A DNA stretch of 64,000 nucleotides from Clostridia bacterium (GTDB taxonomy: Bacteria > Bacillota > Clostridia > UBA1381 > UBA9506), in the NCBI GenBank assembly GCA_017935435.1, contig JAGBHP010000006.1, positions 2,726 to 66,725 on the forward strand, given 5' to 3'. Positions 35,442 through 45,928 of this stretch are shown here, piece after piece (position 1 is the stretch's first letter; every line of letters begins with the position of its first letter). Under the pieces are notes generated by a model, which was not told where the DNA came from, searched no databases, and saw nothing but the letters and a program-made list of their open reading frames with translations. A program made the position numbers and the translations under genes.

Positions 35442-35942
35442 TTGGCACAGTTAATCGATGCAAGTGTTTTGGATATACAGGAAAAGGTTGTAAAAATCAG
35501 CCGTGTTGCAAAGGTTGTTAAGGGTGGTCGTACATTCCGTTTTTCAGCACTCGTTGTTGTTGGTGACGGTAACGGTCATGTTGGCTGCGGTACAGGTAAG
35601 GCTGCAGAAATTCCGGACGCAATCAGAAAAGGTATTGAGGATGCTAAGAAGAATATTATTAAGGTTAACCTTGATAATACAACTATTCCTCATGAAGTAA
35701 TTGGTGAGTTTGGTGCTGGTCGTGTACTCATGAAACCTGCTGCTCCCGGTACAGGTGTTATCGCAGGTGGTCCTGCCAGAGCGGTTATTGAACTTGCTGG
35801 TATTTCTGATATCAGAACCAAGTCATTGCGTTCAAACAATCCCCGTAACATGGTTAATGCTACTATCGCGGGTCTTGCTCAGCTTAAGGATGCAGAGGAA
35901 TTAGCAAAATTAAGAGGCAAAGCCGTAGAAGATTTAAAGTAA
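35442..35942 (+). CDS. rpsE: 30S ribosomal protein S5
   Basis: [22 protein letters not shown]; TTG start. Confidence 0.97.
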   Translation: MAQLIDASVLDIQEKVVKISRVAKVVKGGRTFRFSALVVVGDGNGHVGCGTGKAAEIPDAIRKGIEDAKKNIIKVNLDNTTIPHEVIGEFGAGRVLMKPAAPGTGVIAGGPARAVIELAGISDIRTKSLRSNNPRNMVNATIAGLAQLKDAEELAKLRGKAVEDLK

Positions 35943-35962
35943 AGAGTTAGGAGGGACAAGAA

Positions 35963-36145
35963 ATGGCTGGTAAGCTTAAAGTAACTCTTAAAAAGAGCAT
36001 AATCGGCAGAAAGAAAGATCAGATTGCAACAGTTGAGGCTCTTGGTCTTAAGAAAATTCGTGATTCTAAAATTCACGATAAATCACCTGCTGTTTTAGGT
36101 ATGATTGAAAAGGTCGGCTTCATGCTCGACGTAGAGGAAATATAA
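35963..36145 (+). CDS. rpmD: 50S ribosomal protein L30
   Basis: [11 protein letters not shown]...Q..T..ALGL. Confidence 0.95.
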   Translation: MAGKLKVTLKKSIIGRKKDQIATVEALGLKKIRDSKIHDKSPAVLGMIEKVGFMLDVEEI

Positions 36146-36167
36146 ATACAAAGGGAGGTGCCAGATA

Positions 36168-36611
36168 ATGGAACTTAACGAACTCAGACCGGCTGTCGGC
36201 TCTAAAAAGGAAGCTTTTAGAAAAGGTCGCGGACACGGTTCAGGTAACGGCAAAACCTCAGGTAGAGGTCACAAAGGTCAGTGGGCTCGTTCAGGCGGCG
36301 GTGTAAGACCGGGCTTTGAAGGTGGTCAGATGCCTTTATACAGACGTCTTCCTAAGAGAGGATTTACCAATATATTCGCAAAAGTTTATACTGAAATAAA
36401 TGTTTCTGATCTTAACAGATTTGCTGAAGGTCAGGAGGTTACAGCTGAGGCTTTATTAGAAGCTGGCGTAATCAAGAAGGTTAATGATGGAGTTGTAGTA
36501 TTAGGTAAGGGCGAACTCACATCTAAAAAACTCACTGTAAAGGCAGCAAGATTTTCAAAATCAGCCGCAGAGAAGATTGCAGCGGCAGAAGGAAAGGCTG
36601 AGGTGATCTAA
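36168..36611 (+). CDS. rplO: 50S ribosomal protein L15
   Basis: L..L.P..GS.K...R.GRG.GSG.GKT.GRGHKGQ. Confidence 0.98.
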   Translation: MELNELRPAVGSKKEAFRKGRGHGSGNGKTSGRGHKGQWARSGGGVRPGFEGGQMPLYRRLPKRGFTNIFAKVYTEINVSDLNRFAEGQEVTAEALLEAGVIKKVNDGVVVLGKGELTSKKLTVKAARFSKSAAEKIAAAEGKAEVI

Positions 36612-36612
36612 G

Positions 36613-37908
36613 ATGCTTCAAACCCTTAGAAACGCTTGGAAAATCCCCGACTTAAGAAAGAAAATGCTTTTTACGGTGCTCATGGTTATTATTTTCAGAA
36701 TGGGCTCCTATATCCCGGTTCCGGGATTAGACGCTGCTGCAATTGAGGAACTTTTTGGTGGTTTCTCAGGCGGTATGCAAGGATTACTCAACAACTTCTC
36801 CGGTGGTGCGATGGAGCGTGGCTCAATTTTTGCAATGAGTATTTCACCTTACATTAACGCATCAATTATTATGCAGCTTTTAACAGTTGCAATCCCTGCT
36901 TTAGAAAGACTTTCTAAAGAGGGCGAAGAGGGAAGAAAGAAAATCAGCTCATACACGAGATATGCAACGGTTGTTTTAGGATTTCTTCAGGCAATGGGTT
37001 TGTTCTTTGGTTTAAAGAACAGCATCGCCGGAAATGACGTACTCAACTTCTTCGTTGTAACTCTTACTTTCACCGCTGGTACCGCATTTTTGATGTGGCT
37101 CGGTGAGCAGATTACAGAAAAGGGTATAGGTAACGGTATTTCAATTCTCATCTTTATCGGTATCGTATCGAGAGGACCTGCTATGATTCAGTCGCTTCGT
37201 GCAACACTTATGTCAAGCGGTGATGCAATCTCGATTTCAGCAGTAATTTCTATCGTAGCAATTTTAGTAATTTCGGTTCTTATGATTGCTTTCGTAGTAT
37301 TTATGAACGATGCTGAGCGCAGAATTCCTGTACAGTATGCTAAACGTGTTGTTGGCAGAAAAATGTACGGCGGACAGAGCACTCATATTCCGATTAAGGT
37401 TGCTATGGCAGGTGTTATTCCGATAATCTTTGCCGTTTCTATCATGAGCTTTCCGCAGACAATTAATATGTTTATAAACGGAACTCAGATGCCTGATTCA
37501 AAATTCTGGGCAGCAGTGCTCGGTCTTTTCCAGCAGACACATCCGTTCTATATTATAGCATATTTCTTGCTTATACTTTTCTTCACATATTTCTATACAG
37601 CTATTCAGTTCAATCCGATTGAAATGGCTAATAATATGAAGAAAAACGGCGGATTTATTCCGGGTATCAGACCTGGAAAGTCAACCTCGGATTATATTTC
37701 CAAGGTTCTTTCAAGAATTACACTCGTAGGTGCATTATTCTTAGCAGTTATCGCTATATTCCCGATTCTTATGGCGTTCATTCCGAATATGGGAAATATC
37801 AGCATCGGCGGTACATCACTCTTAATCGTAGTTGGTGTAGCACTTGAAACTGTTAAACAGATTGAGTCTATGATGCTCATGCGTCATTATAAAGGATTTT
37901 TAGAATAA
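36613..37908 (+). CDS. secY: preprotein translocase subunit SecY
   Basis: 431 aa with 10 TM helices. LRKK..FT...RMGSYIPVPG and GNGISILIF blocks. Confidence 0.98.
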   Translation: MLQTLRNAWKIPDLRKKMLFTVLMVIIFRMGSYIPVPGLDAAAIEELFGGFSGGMQGLLNNFSGGAMERGSIFAMSISPYINASIIMQLLTVAIPALERLSKEGEEGRKKISSYTRYATVVLGFLQAMGLFFGLKNSIAGNDVLNFFVVTLTFTAGTAFLMWLGEQITEKGIGNGISILIFIGIVSRGPAMIQSLRATLMSSGDAISISAVISIVAILVISVLMIAFVVFMNDAERRIPVQYAKRVVGRKMYGGQSTHIPIKVAMAGVIPIIFAVSIMSFPQTINMFINGTQMPDSKFWAAVLGLFQQTHPFYIIAYFLLILFFTYFYTAIQFNPIEMANNMKKNGGFIPGIRPGKSTSDYISKVLSRITLVGALFLAVIAIFPILMAFIPNMGNISIGGTSLLIVVGVALETVKQIESMMLMRHYKGFLE

Positions 37909-37940
37909 GCACTTTTAACAAGTTACAAGGAGAGGTAGAA

Positions 37941-38588
37941 ATGAAACTTGTATTACTTGGACCGCCGGGAGCGGGCAAGGGAACTCAGGCAGTAAAATTA
38001 TCTGAAAAGCTTGGTATTCCCACAATATCAACAGGCGAAATCATTAGAAATGCTATAAAAAATGAAACACCTGTTGGTAAGATTGCAAAAGATACAATCG
38101 AACGTGGTGAACTTGTTTCGGATGAATTGGTGCTTGAAATCGTAAAAGACAGATTAAAAGATGACGATTGCAAGGACGGATATATTTTAGACGGATTTCC
38201 CAGGACACTTGCTCAGGCAGAGATGATGCAGAGTGTAGAAAATAATATTGGCGTAGATTTTGTGATAAACATTGATGTTTCAGATGATGAAATAGTGAGT
38301 CGTCTTTCCGGCAGAAGGGTTTGCCCCTCCTGCGGGAAAACGTACCACGTAGTAAGCCTTCCGTCGTCTTGCGGCGACAAATGTGAGGCTTGCGGAGAAA
38401 AGCTGATTGTCAGAAAAGATGATAGCCCCGAGGTTATCTTAAATCGTCTTAAGGTTTATCATGAACTCACCGCGCCACTCACTCGATTCTATGACGAACA
38501 AAAAATATTATATACTGTAAAAGGTGCCGAAAGCTTAGATGCTGTTACGGCACAGGTTATGGATATCGTCGGCAGACAGAGGCGTTAA
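37941..38588 (+). CDS. adk: adenylate kinase (zinc-lid type)
   Basis: GPPGAGKGTQ P-loop. CPSCGKTYH...CEACG lid. Confidence 0.98.
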   Translation: MKLVLLGPPGAGKGTQAVKLSEKLGIPTISTGEIIRNAIKNETPVGKIAKDTIERGELVSDELVLEIVKDRLKDDDCKDGYILDGFPRTLAQAEMMQSVENNIGVDFVINIDVSDDEIVSRLSGRRVCPSCGKTYHVVSLPSSCGDKCEACGEKLIVRKDDSPEVILNRLKVYHELTAPLTRFYDEQKILYTVKGAESLDAVTAQVMDIVGRQRR

Positions 38589-38592
38589 AATT

Positions 38593-39345
38593 ATGATAAA
38601 AATCAAGTCCCACAGCGAAATAGAAAATATGAAGGCAGCAGGCACAATTGTTGCCGAAACCTTCGAGCTTTTAAAGGAGGCTGTTAAGCCGGGTGTTACA
38701 ACGCTTGAGCTTGACGAAATAGCTGCAAAGTTCATTAAAAAGAGCGGTGCGGTTGCTTCTTTTAAAAACTACAACGGATACCCAAAAAGCATTTGTACCT
38801 CTGTTAATTCACAGGTGGTGCATGGTATTCCAAATCGCAACACGGTCTTAAAAGCAGGAGATATTATAAGCATTGACATCGGAGCGTGCTATAAAGGTTA
38901 TCATGGCGATAGTGCCAAAACCTTTGGAGTAGGAAAAATTTCCGATGAAGCTCAAAGGCTTATTGATGTAACACGTCAGAGCTTTTATGAAGGCATAAAG
39001 GCGGCGGGTTCAGGAAACAGAGTTGGTGATATTTCGGCAAGCGTGCAGCGCTATGCTGAAGAAAACGGATATTCTGTTGTCCGTGCTTTGGTAGGACACG
39101 GTGTAGGAAGCGAGCTTCACGAATCTCCTGAGGTTCCAAATTTTGGAACGGCAGGCAGAGGAGTAAGATTGGTTTCCGGAATGACGATTGCGGTTGAGCC
39201 TATGATTAATCAGGGTTCATACCATGTGAACACACTTTCTGACGGATGGACAGTGGTAACAGCAGACGGAAAGCTATCTGCGCATTACGAACATTCGATT
39301 TTAATATCGGATAACGGATGTGAATTGCTCACCGTTTGCCGGTAA
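38593..39345 (+). CDS. map: type I methionine aminopeptidase
   Basis: IKS..EIE.M..AG. Metal ligands D..D, H, E, E in conserved blocks. ATG 38593 rather than the track start, which lies inside adk. Confidence 0.95.
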   Translation: MIKIKSHSEIENMKAAGTIVAETFELLKEAVKPGVTTLELDEIAAKFIKKSGAVASFKNYNGYPKSICTSVNSQVVHGIPNRNTVLKAGDIISIDIGACYKGYHGDSAKTFGVGKISDEAQRLIDVTRQSFYEGIKAAGSGNRVGDISASVQRYAEENGYSVVRALVGHGVGSELHESPEVPNFGTAGRGVRLVSGMTIAVEPMINQGSYHVNTLSDGWTVVTADGKLSAHYEHSILISDNGCELLTVCR

Positions 39346-39366
39346 ATTGTATGAGGTGATGATATT

Positions 39367-39642
39367 TTGAATATAAATCCCGCAGACATTGTTTATTCTA
39401 AGGCAGGCAGAGATAAGGGTAAACCTTTTGTGGTAATTTCTTTGGAAAGCGAGCTGTTTGCTTTAATTGCAGACGGGGATATGCGAAAAATCACTAAACC
39501 AAAGAGAAAAAAAATAAAACATCTTAAATTGACCGGAAAAAGTGCTGATTTTGTAGCTGAAAAGCTGAAAAACGGTACAGAGGTTACCAATAAAGAACTA
39601 AAGAAGGCAATAGCCGAATTTATTAACGGTACGATGGCTTAA
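39367..39642 (+). CDS. KOW domain-containing RNA-binding protein
   Basis: VYSKAGRDKGKPFVV KOW motif. Conserved map-KOW-infA position in Clostridia. TTG start after GAGGTGA. Confidence 0.75.
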   Translation: MNINPADIVYSKAGRDKGKPFVVISLESELFALIADGDMRKITKPKRKKIKHLKLTGKSADFVAEKLKNGTEVTNKELKKAIAEFINGTMA

Positions 39643-39657
39643 TAAGGAGGAATTGTT

Positions 39658-39876
39658 ATGGCAAAAGAAGGAGTTTTGGAGCTTGAAGGTAAAATCATCG
39701 AGGCTCTGCCGAATGCGATGTTTCAGGTGGAACTTGAGAACGGACATCGGATTTTAGCCCACATCTCAGGTAAGCTGAGAATGAATTTTATCAGGATTTT
39801 ACCCGGTGATAAGGTAACGGTTGAGCTTTCACCGTATGACCTTACAAAGGGCAGAATAACCTGGAGAGCGAAATAA
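39658..39876 (+). CDS. infA: translation initiation factor IF-1
   Basis: AKE..LE..G.I.E.LPNAMF.V.LENGH..LAHISGK.R. Confidence 0.98.
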   Translation: MAKEGVLELEGKIIEALPNAMFQVELENGHRILAHISGKLRMNFIRILPGDKVTVELSPYDLTKGRITWRAK

Positions 39877-40041
<165 letters not shown>

Positions 40042-40059
40042 TTATCCCATTTTGCTTTT

Positions 40060-40106
40060 AAAACCGCGAGGCGGCTGCACAGATTTTTCTGTGACTTACG
40101 GTTTTT
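40060..40106 (+). terminator. terminator-like hairpin between rpmJ and rpsM
   Basis: AAAACCG...CGGTTTT enclosing CACAG/CTGTG, followed by a T-run. Confidence 0.4.
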
Positions 40107-40165
40107 GCAAATATATTTTATTAAATTAAGTAATTAGCGTAAAACAGTAGGAGGTGCAAAAGTAA

Positions 40166-40534
40166 ATGGCCAGAATTTCAGGCGTTGACTTACCGCGTGA
40201 AAAAAGAGTTGAGATCGGACTTACTTATATTTTCGGTATCGGTCTTCCCAGCTCAAAGGAAATTTTAGAAAAAACGGGAATTAATCCTGACACCAGAGTT
40301 AAAGATCTGACTGAGGATGAAATTTCTAAGCTCAGAGAGGTAATAGATAGAGATTACACAGTAGAAGGTGACTTAAGACGTGATGTTGCTTTAAACATTA
40401 AGCGTTTGATGGAAATCGGCTGCTACCGTGGAATCAGACACAGAAAAGGTCTCCCCGTAAGAGGACAGAGAACTAAAACAAATGCCAGAACCAGAAAAGG
40501 TCCGGCAAGAACCATTGCTAATAAGAAGAAGTAA
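40166..40534 (+). CDS. rpsM: 30S ribosomal protein S13
   Basis: ARI.GVD.P..K. Confidence 0.98.
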   Translation: MARISGVDLPREKRVEIGLTYIFGIGLPSSKEILEKTGINPDTRVKDLTEDEISKLREVIDRDYTVEGDLRRDVALNIKRLMEIGCYRGIRHRKGLPVRGQRTKTNARTRKGPARTIANKKK

Positions 40535-40556
40535 GTAGTGAAAGGAGGACTCATAA

Positions 40557-40949
40557 ATGGCAAAAGTAGCTAGAAGAAGCACTCGTAAGAAAGTTAAGAA
40601 AAATATTGAGCGCGGTGCGGTTCATATTCGTTCTAGTTTCAACAACACTATCATAACCATAACAGATACAGAAGGTAATGCCATTAGCTGGGCAAGTGCC
40701 GGTGGCTTAGGCTTCCGCGGTTCCAGAAAGAGCACACCTTTTGCTGCACAGATGGCAGCAGAAACTGCTGCAAAAGCAGCTCAGGAGCATGGTTTAAAGT
40801 CTGTTGAAGTTTACGTAAAAGGACCGGGCGCAGGTCGTGAGGCTGCAATCAGAGCTCTTCAGGCAGTTGGCCTTGAAGTTAGCATGATTAAGGATGTTAC
40901 TCCTATCCCTCACAACGGATGCCGTCCGCCTAAGAGAAGAAGAGTTTGA
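40557..40949 (+). CDS. rpsK: 30S ribosomal protein S11
   Basis: G..HI.S.FNNT....TD..GN...W.S.G. Confidence 0.98.
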   Translation: MAKVARRSTRKKVKKNIERGAVHIRSSFNNTIITITDTEGNAISWASAGGLGFRGSRKSTPFAAQMAAETAAKAAQEHGLKSVEVYVKGPGAGREAAIRALQAVGLEVSMIKDVTPIPHNGCRPPKRRRV

Positions 40950-40981
40950 TTTAAAATTTTTGAAGTGAGGAGGATAAACAA

Positions 40982-41575
40982 ATGGCAAGAAATATGCAGC
41001 CTATATTAAAAAGATGCAGAACTTTAGGTATTTCGCCTTCTGTTATGGGTATTGATAAAAGCTCAAACAGAAACCCAAAGCCGAATAAGAGAAAGCAAAG
41101 CGAATATGGTCGCCAGCTTACTGAAAAGCAGAAGGTTAAATTTATATACGGAATGCTCGAAAAACAGTTTGCAAGATATTATGAAATGGCTACAAAGATG
41201 CCCGGTATTACCGGTGAAAATCTTCTCCAGATTTTGGAGTCAAGACTTGACAATGTAGTTTTCAGATTAGGTCTTGCTAACACAAGAAGAGAGTCCAGAC
41301 AGTTCGTAAATCATGGACACGTTCTTGTAAACGGAAAGAGAGTTGACATCCCTTCATACCGTGTAAAGGTTGGCGATGTTATCACTATTAAGGAGAAATT
41401 GCTTTCAACTGACAGAATGAAGGAAGTTATCGAAGCTAATTCTTCAAGAGCAGTTCCGAAGTGGCTCGATATGGACAAAAATACTGCTACCGGTAAAGTT
41501 ATTGCTATGGCAGAAAGAGAAGACATTGATTTCGAGGTTGAAGAACATCTTATCGTCGAGTTGTATTCGAGATAA
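40982..41575 (+). CDS. rpsD: 30S ribosomal protein S4
   Basis: S4 N-terminal region plus S4 RNA-binding domain (RLDNVVFRLG.A.TR..ARQ.V.HGH). Confidence 0.97.
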   Translation: MARNMQPILKRCRTLGISPSVMGIDKSSNRNPKPNKRKQSEYGRQLTEKQKVKFIYGMLEKQFARYYEMATKMPGITGENLLQILESRLDNVVFRLGLANTRRESRQFVNHGHVLVNGKRVDIPSYRVKVGDVITIKEKLLSTDRMKEVIEANSSRAVPKWLDMDKNTATGKVIAMAEREDIDFEVEEHLIVELYSR

Positions 41576-41667
41576 TAGGCTTTTGGATTTACTCGAGATT
41601 ACCCTCGATAAAATTTATGCGATATCCGCATAAAACACTAAATTACTAACAGAGGGAGGGTTAAACG

Positions 41668-42618
41668 ATGTTAGAAATTGAAAAACCAAGCGTTGAGTGC
41701 GTTGAAACAAATGAAGACGGAACTTATGGAAAATTTGTGGCTGAACCTTTAGAAAGAGGATATGGTACGACTTTGGGTAATTCTCTTCGTCGTATGCTTT
41801 TATCATCACTTCCGGGTGCTGCTGCTACATCCGTTAAAATTGACGGTGTACTTCATGAGTTCTCAACTATCCCCGGTGTTAAAGAGGATGTTACGGAGAT
41901 TATCTTAAACATCAAGCAGTTAGCTGTTAAGCTTCACTGCGACACACCTAAGGTTATATATGTTGAAGCAAATGAAGAAGGTGAGCTTAAAGCAGGTGAT
42001 TTTAAGCTGGATTCAGATATCGAAATCTTTAATCCTGAGCTTCATATCGCAACACTTTCAAAAGGCGCTCGTCTTTATATGGAAATTACATTTTCCAAGG
42101 GCAGAGGTTATGTATCTGCTGAAAAGAACAAACAACTTAATCAAAATATTATCGGCGTAATTCCTGTGGATTCTATCTACACTCCGGTACAGAAGGTTAA
42201 TTATAATGTTTTAAATACCCGTGTTGGTCAGATTACCGATTATGACAAGCTTTCTTTGGAAGTTTGGACTGACGGTTCAATCCGTGCTGATGAAGCGGTA
42301 AGCTTAGCAGCTAAAATCATAAACGAGCATTTAATGCAGTTTATTGACCTTTCGGAAGAAGCTAAGAACACAGAAATTATGGTAGAAAAAGAAGAAGGCA
42401 AGAAAGAAAAAGTTCTGGAAATGACAATTGAAGAGCTTGACCTTTCGGTGCGTTCTTACAACTGCTTGAAGCGTGCAGGTATTAACACTGTTGAAGACCT
42501 TACCAATAGAACGGAAGAAGATATGGTTAAGGTTAGAAACTTAGGACGTAAGTCTTTAGAAGAAGTTATCGGCAAGCTTCATGCTTTGGGTCAGTCCTTT
42601 TCAAGAAGAGAGGACTAA
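41668..42618 (+). CDS. rpoA: DNA-directed RNA polymerase subunit alpha
   Basis: G.F..EPLERG.G.TLGN.LRR.LLSS. C-terminal domain [16 protein letters not shown]. Confidence 0.98.
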   Translation: MLEIEKPSVECVETNEDGTYGKFVAEPLERGYGTTLGNSLRRMLLSSLPGAAATSVKIDGVLHEFSTIPGVKEDVTEIILNIKQLAVKLHCDTPKVIYVEANEEGELKAGDFKLDSDIEIFNPELHIATLSKGARLYMEITFSKGRGYVSAEKNKQLNQNIIGVIPVDSIYTPVQKVNYNVLNTRVGQITDYDKLSLEVWTDGSIRADEAVSLAAKIINEHLMQFIDLSEEAKNTEIMVEKEEGKKEKVLEMTIEELDLSVRSYNCLKRAGINTVEDLTNRTEEDMVKVRNLGRKSLEEVIGKLHALGQSFSRRED

Positions 42619-42645
42619 TTAGATTATAAAAGAGGAGGTAGCAAG

Positions 42646-42987
42646 ATGCCCGGAACAAGAAAATTGGGTCGTCCAACCGATCAGAGAAATGCTATGCTCA
42701 GAAATATGACGACTTCGCTTTTGGAGCATGGAAGAATTGAAACAACTCTTACACGTGCTAAAGAGCTCAGATGTATGGCAGAAAAAATGATTACCCTCGG
42801 CAAAGAAAACACGCTGCATTCCAGAAGGCAAGCCCTTTCTTACATCATGAGAAAGGATGTTGTATATAAATTGTTTGAGGAGATTGCTCCTAAATATGCG
42901 GAGCGCAAGGGCGGTTATACAAGAATACTTAAAACCGGCCCAAGACGTGGTGACGCGTCCCCCATGGCGATTATTGAATTAGTTTAA
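42646..42987 (+). CDS. rplQ: 50S ribosomal protein L17
   Basis: KLGR...R.AMLRN....L..GRI.TT. Confidence 0.98.
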   Translation: MPGTRKLGRPTDQRNAMLRNMTTSLLEHGRIETTLTRAKELRCMAEKMITLGKENTLHSRRQALSYIMRKDVVYKLFEEIAPKYAERKGGYTRILKTGPRRGDASPMAIIELV

Positions 42988-43020
42988 TTCTAAATTCAAT
43001 AGTATTTAAGGGAAATAAAG

Positions 43021-43061
43021 CCTGTCTGTGTTGGGTCATTCAGCGCAGACAGGATTTTTTT
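43021..43061 (+). terminator. intrinsic terminator ending the alpha operon
   Basis: CCTGTCTG-loop-CAGACAGG followed by ATTTTTTT. Confidence 0.85.
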
Positions 43062-43086
43062 CTTGTAAAGGCTGAGATAAATGTAT

Positions 43087-43135
43087 CTTTATATATAAGA
43101 AAGCAAAAGAACTTTTTGTTTCCTTATATATAAAG
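43087..43135. promoter_or_regulatory. 49-nt AT-rich near-perfect inverted repeat upstream of typA
   Basis: CTTTATATATAAGAAAGCAAAAG-AA-CTTTTTGTTTCCTTATATATAAAG. Confidence 0.5.
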
Positions 43136-43163
43136 CTACCTAAAAAAGTTTGGAGGAAAAATA

Positions 43164-44990
43164 ATGAATAACAACATAAGAAATATCGCAATAATCGCTC
43201 ACGTTGACCATGGTAAAACAACATTGGTTGATGGTTTGCTTAAAAACAGCGGAATATTTCGTGATAATGAGCAGGTAGAAGACAGAGTAATGGACTCAAA
43301 CGACTTAGAGCGTGAAAGAGGAATTACAATCCTTTCAAAAAATACTTCTGTTATATATAATGATATAAAAATAAATATTGTGGATACCCCCGGACACGCA
43401 GACTTCGGTGGCGAGGTTGAACGTGTGCTTGGTATGGTTGAGGGCGTGCTCCTTGTGGTTGATGCCTTTGAAGGTGCTATGCCGCAGACAAGATTTGTTT
43501 TAAAGAAAGCTTTAGAGCTGAATTTAAAGCCGATTGTTGTAATTAATAAGATTGACCGCCCGCAAGCAAGACCTGAGGCGGTAATTGATGAGGTTTTAGA
43601 CCTCTTTATTGAGCTTGGTGCAAGTGATGAACAGGCTGATTTTACTGTTGTTTATGCATCAGCAAAGCAAGGAATTTGTGGATTAGAGCGTGATAATTTA
43701 GCTGATAGCTTTGAGCCGCTTTTTGAAACTATTATTAAGGAAGTTCCGGCTCCAAAAGGAGAAAAAGACGAGCCGCTTCAGATGCTTATTTCAAATATTG
43801 ACTACGATGAATATATCGGAAGAATTGCAGTAGGCAAAATTGCGCGTGGCGAGGTAAATTATAACCAAAATGCCGTAATTTGCAGAAAAGACGGCAAAAA
43901 CGATAACGTAAAAATAGGCAGAGTTTATACCTTTGAGGGATTAAAGCGTACAGAAACAATGGAGGCATACGCTGGAGATATTGTGTGCATCGCAGGTCTT
44001 GGTGATATTAATATCGGCGAAACAATATGCGCAAGTGACTGCATCGACCCGCTTCCTGTTATCGAGGTTGATGAGCCTACTATTTCTATGAATTTTATTG
44101 TAAATAACAGCCCATTTGCAGGTAAAGAGGGTCAGTTTGTAACAAGTAGACACCTTCGTGACCGCCTTTTCCGTGAGCTTGAAACTAATGTAAGCTTAAA
44201 GGTTGAGGAAACAGACAGTGCTGATGCATTTAAGGTTTCCGGCAGAGGAGAGCTTCATTTATCAATCCTAATCGAAACAATGCGCCGTCAGGGCTATGAA
44301 TTTCAGGTGTCACGCCCTCAGGTTATCTTAAAACACAAAGACGGCATGGTTTTAGAGCCTGTTGAAAATCTCGTTATTGACGTTCCCGATGAATTTTCAG
44401 GTGCAGTTATCGAAAAACTCGGTCAGAGAAAGGCTGAAATGACAAATATGCAGCCTGGAGAAGACGGATATATGCGTCTTGAGTTTAAAATTCCTTCTCG
44501 TGGTCTTATAGGATACCGTAGTGAGTTTTTAACGGACACCAAGGGTAATGGTATTATGAACTCAATACTCGCCGGCTTTGAAGAATTTAAGGGCGAGATT
44601 GCTGAGCGCAGCCACGGCTCTATGATTGCCTGGGAAACAGGCGAAACCGTAACTTATGGACTTTTTAACGCTCAGGGAAGAGGCAGACTCTTTGTTGATG
44701 CAGGCGTAAAGGTTTATGAGGGTATGATTGTTGGTGAAAATGCTAAAGCTGAGGATATAACAGTTAATGTTTGTAAGAAAAAGCACGTAACTAATATGCG
44801 TGCCGCAGGCAGCGATGATACAATTAAGCTTACACCGCCGCTTGTTATGAGCTTAGAGCAGTGCCTTGAGTTTATTGCAGACGACGAATATGTTGAGGTA
44901 ACTCCCGAAAGCATAAGACTCAGAAAGAAGCTTCTTTCAAAGCAGGATAGAGATAAGCTTGCAGGAAGAAATAAGAACGCTGCTAAATAA
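43164..44990 (+). CDS. typA: translational GTPase TypA/BipA
   Basis: [19 protein letters not shown] and DTPGHADFGGEV; 608 aa. Confidence 0.96.
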   Translation: MNNNIRNIAIIAHVDHGKTTLVDGLLKNSGIFRDNEQVEDRVMDSNDLERERGITILSKNTSVIYNDIKINIVDTPGHADFGGEVERVLGMVEGVLLVVDAFEGAMPQTRFVLKKALELNLKPIVVINKIDRPQARPEAVIDEVLDLFIELGASDEQADFTVVYASAKQGICGLERDNLADSFEPLFETIIKEVPAPKGEKDEPLQMLISNIDYDEYIGRIAVGKIARGEVNYNQNAVICRKDGKNDNVKIGRVYTFEGLKRTETMEAYAGDIVCIAGLGDINIGETICASDCIDPLPVIEVDEPTISMNFIVNNSPFAGKEGQFVTSRHLRDRLFRELETNVSLKVEETDSADAFKVSGRGELHLSILIETMRRQGYEFQVSRPQVILKHKDGMVLEPVENLVIDVPDEFSGAVIEKLGQRKAEMTNMQPGEDGYMRLEFKIPSRGLIGYRSEFLTDTKGNGIMNSILAGFEEFKGEIAERSHGSMIAWETGETVTYGLFNAQGRGRLFVDAGVKVYEGMIVGENAKAEDITVNVCKKKHVTNMRAAGSDDTIKLTPPLVMSLEQCLEFIADDEYVEVTPESIRLRKKLLSKQDRDKLAGRNKNAAK

Positions 44991-45082
44991 TGGTTGATTT
45001 TAAAGAAAATCTTCCTATTGAAAAACTTTAAAAAATATAGTAAGATGTAATATATACCGATAACAGTTCAGGGGTGAAAATT

Positions 45083-45928
45083 ATGTATAAAATTGTAAAA
45101 AAACGTGTACTAAACGAGCAGGTAAAGCTTATGGAGATTGAAGCTCCGTTAATTGCCAAAAAAGCTCAGCCGGGTCAGTTTATAATTTTTAGAATAAATG
45201 AAACAGGGGAGAGAATCCCTCTTACCATTGCAGGATACGACCGAACTCGTGGAACTGTTACCATAATTTTTCAGGAAGTTGGAGCAACAACAAAGCAGCT
45301 TGGACAAATGAATGAAGGGGATGCGCTTTTAGATTTTGTTGGACCTTTGGGTTTAGCTACTCATTTAGACGGCTATAAAAAGGTCGCAGTAATTGGCGGA
45401 GGCCTGGGAACCGCGATTGCATATCCGCAAGCAAAAGCTCTTTTTGAAAAGGGTGCGTGCGTTCATTCGATTGTCGGCTTTAGAAATAAAGATTTAGTGA
45501 TTTTAGAAGATGAAATGAAAGCCGTTTCAAACGAGCTTTTTGTTATGACAGATGACGGCTCTAATGGTAATCAGGGCTTTGTAACAACGGCTTTGGAAAA
45601 ACAGATTGAAAAAGGCGAAAATTACGACTTAGTTATTGCAATCGGTCCGCTTGTTATGATGAAGGCGGTATCCGAGCTTACAAAAAAATACGGCATTAAA
45701 ACGATTGTAAGTATGAATCCTGTTATGATTGACGGAACAGGTATGTGCGGCGGTTGCCGTGTGACAGTGGGCGGAGAAACAAAGTTTGCCTGCGTTGACG
45801 GACCTGATTTTGACGGTCATTTGGTTGATTTTGATGCGGCAATTCGCAGACAGGGTATGTATAAAAAGCAAGAAAGAGAGTCGGCAGAGCATAAGTGCAG
45901 AATGTTGGGAGGGATACAAAATGCCTAA
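45083..45928 (+). CDS. nfnA: NfnA-like FAD/NAD-binding [2Fe-2S] subunit (sulfide/dihydroorotate dehydrogenase-like)
   Basis: FNR-like fold, C-terminal C.GGC..C...C cluster, 8-nt overlap with the partner subunit gene. Confidence 0.7.
   Translation: MYKIVKKRVLNEQVKLMEIEAPLIAKKAQPGQFIIFRINETGERIPLTIAGYDRTRGTVTIIFQEVGATTKQLGQMNEGDALLDFVGPLGLATHLDGYKKVAVIGGGLGTAIAYPQAKALFEKGACVHSIVGFRNKDLVILEDEMKAVSNELFVMTDDGSNGNQGFVTTALEKQIEKGENYDLVIAIGPLVMMKAVSELTKKYGIKTIVSMNPVMIDGTGMCGGCRVTVGGETKFACVDGPDFDGHLVDFDAAIRRQGMYKKQERESAEHKCRMLGGIQNA

Noticed and set aside
45786-45920. Long N-terminal extension of nfnB (track start 45786)
   Set aside because: It lies entirely within the nfnA coding region in another frame. 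ATG 45921 gives the conserved N-terminus and the typical 8-nt overlap coupling the two subunit genes.
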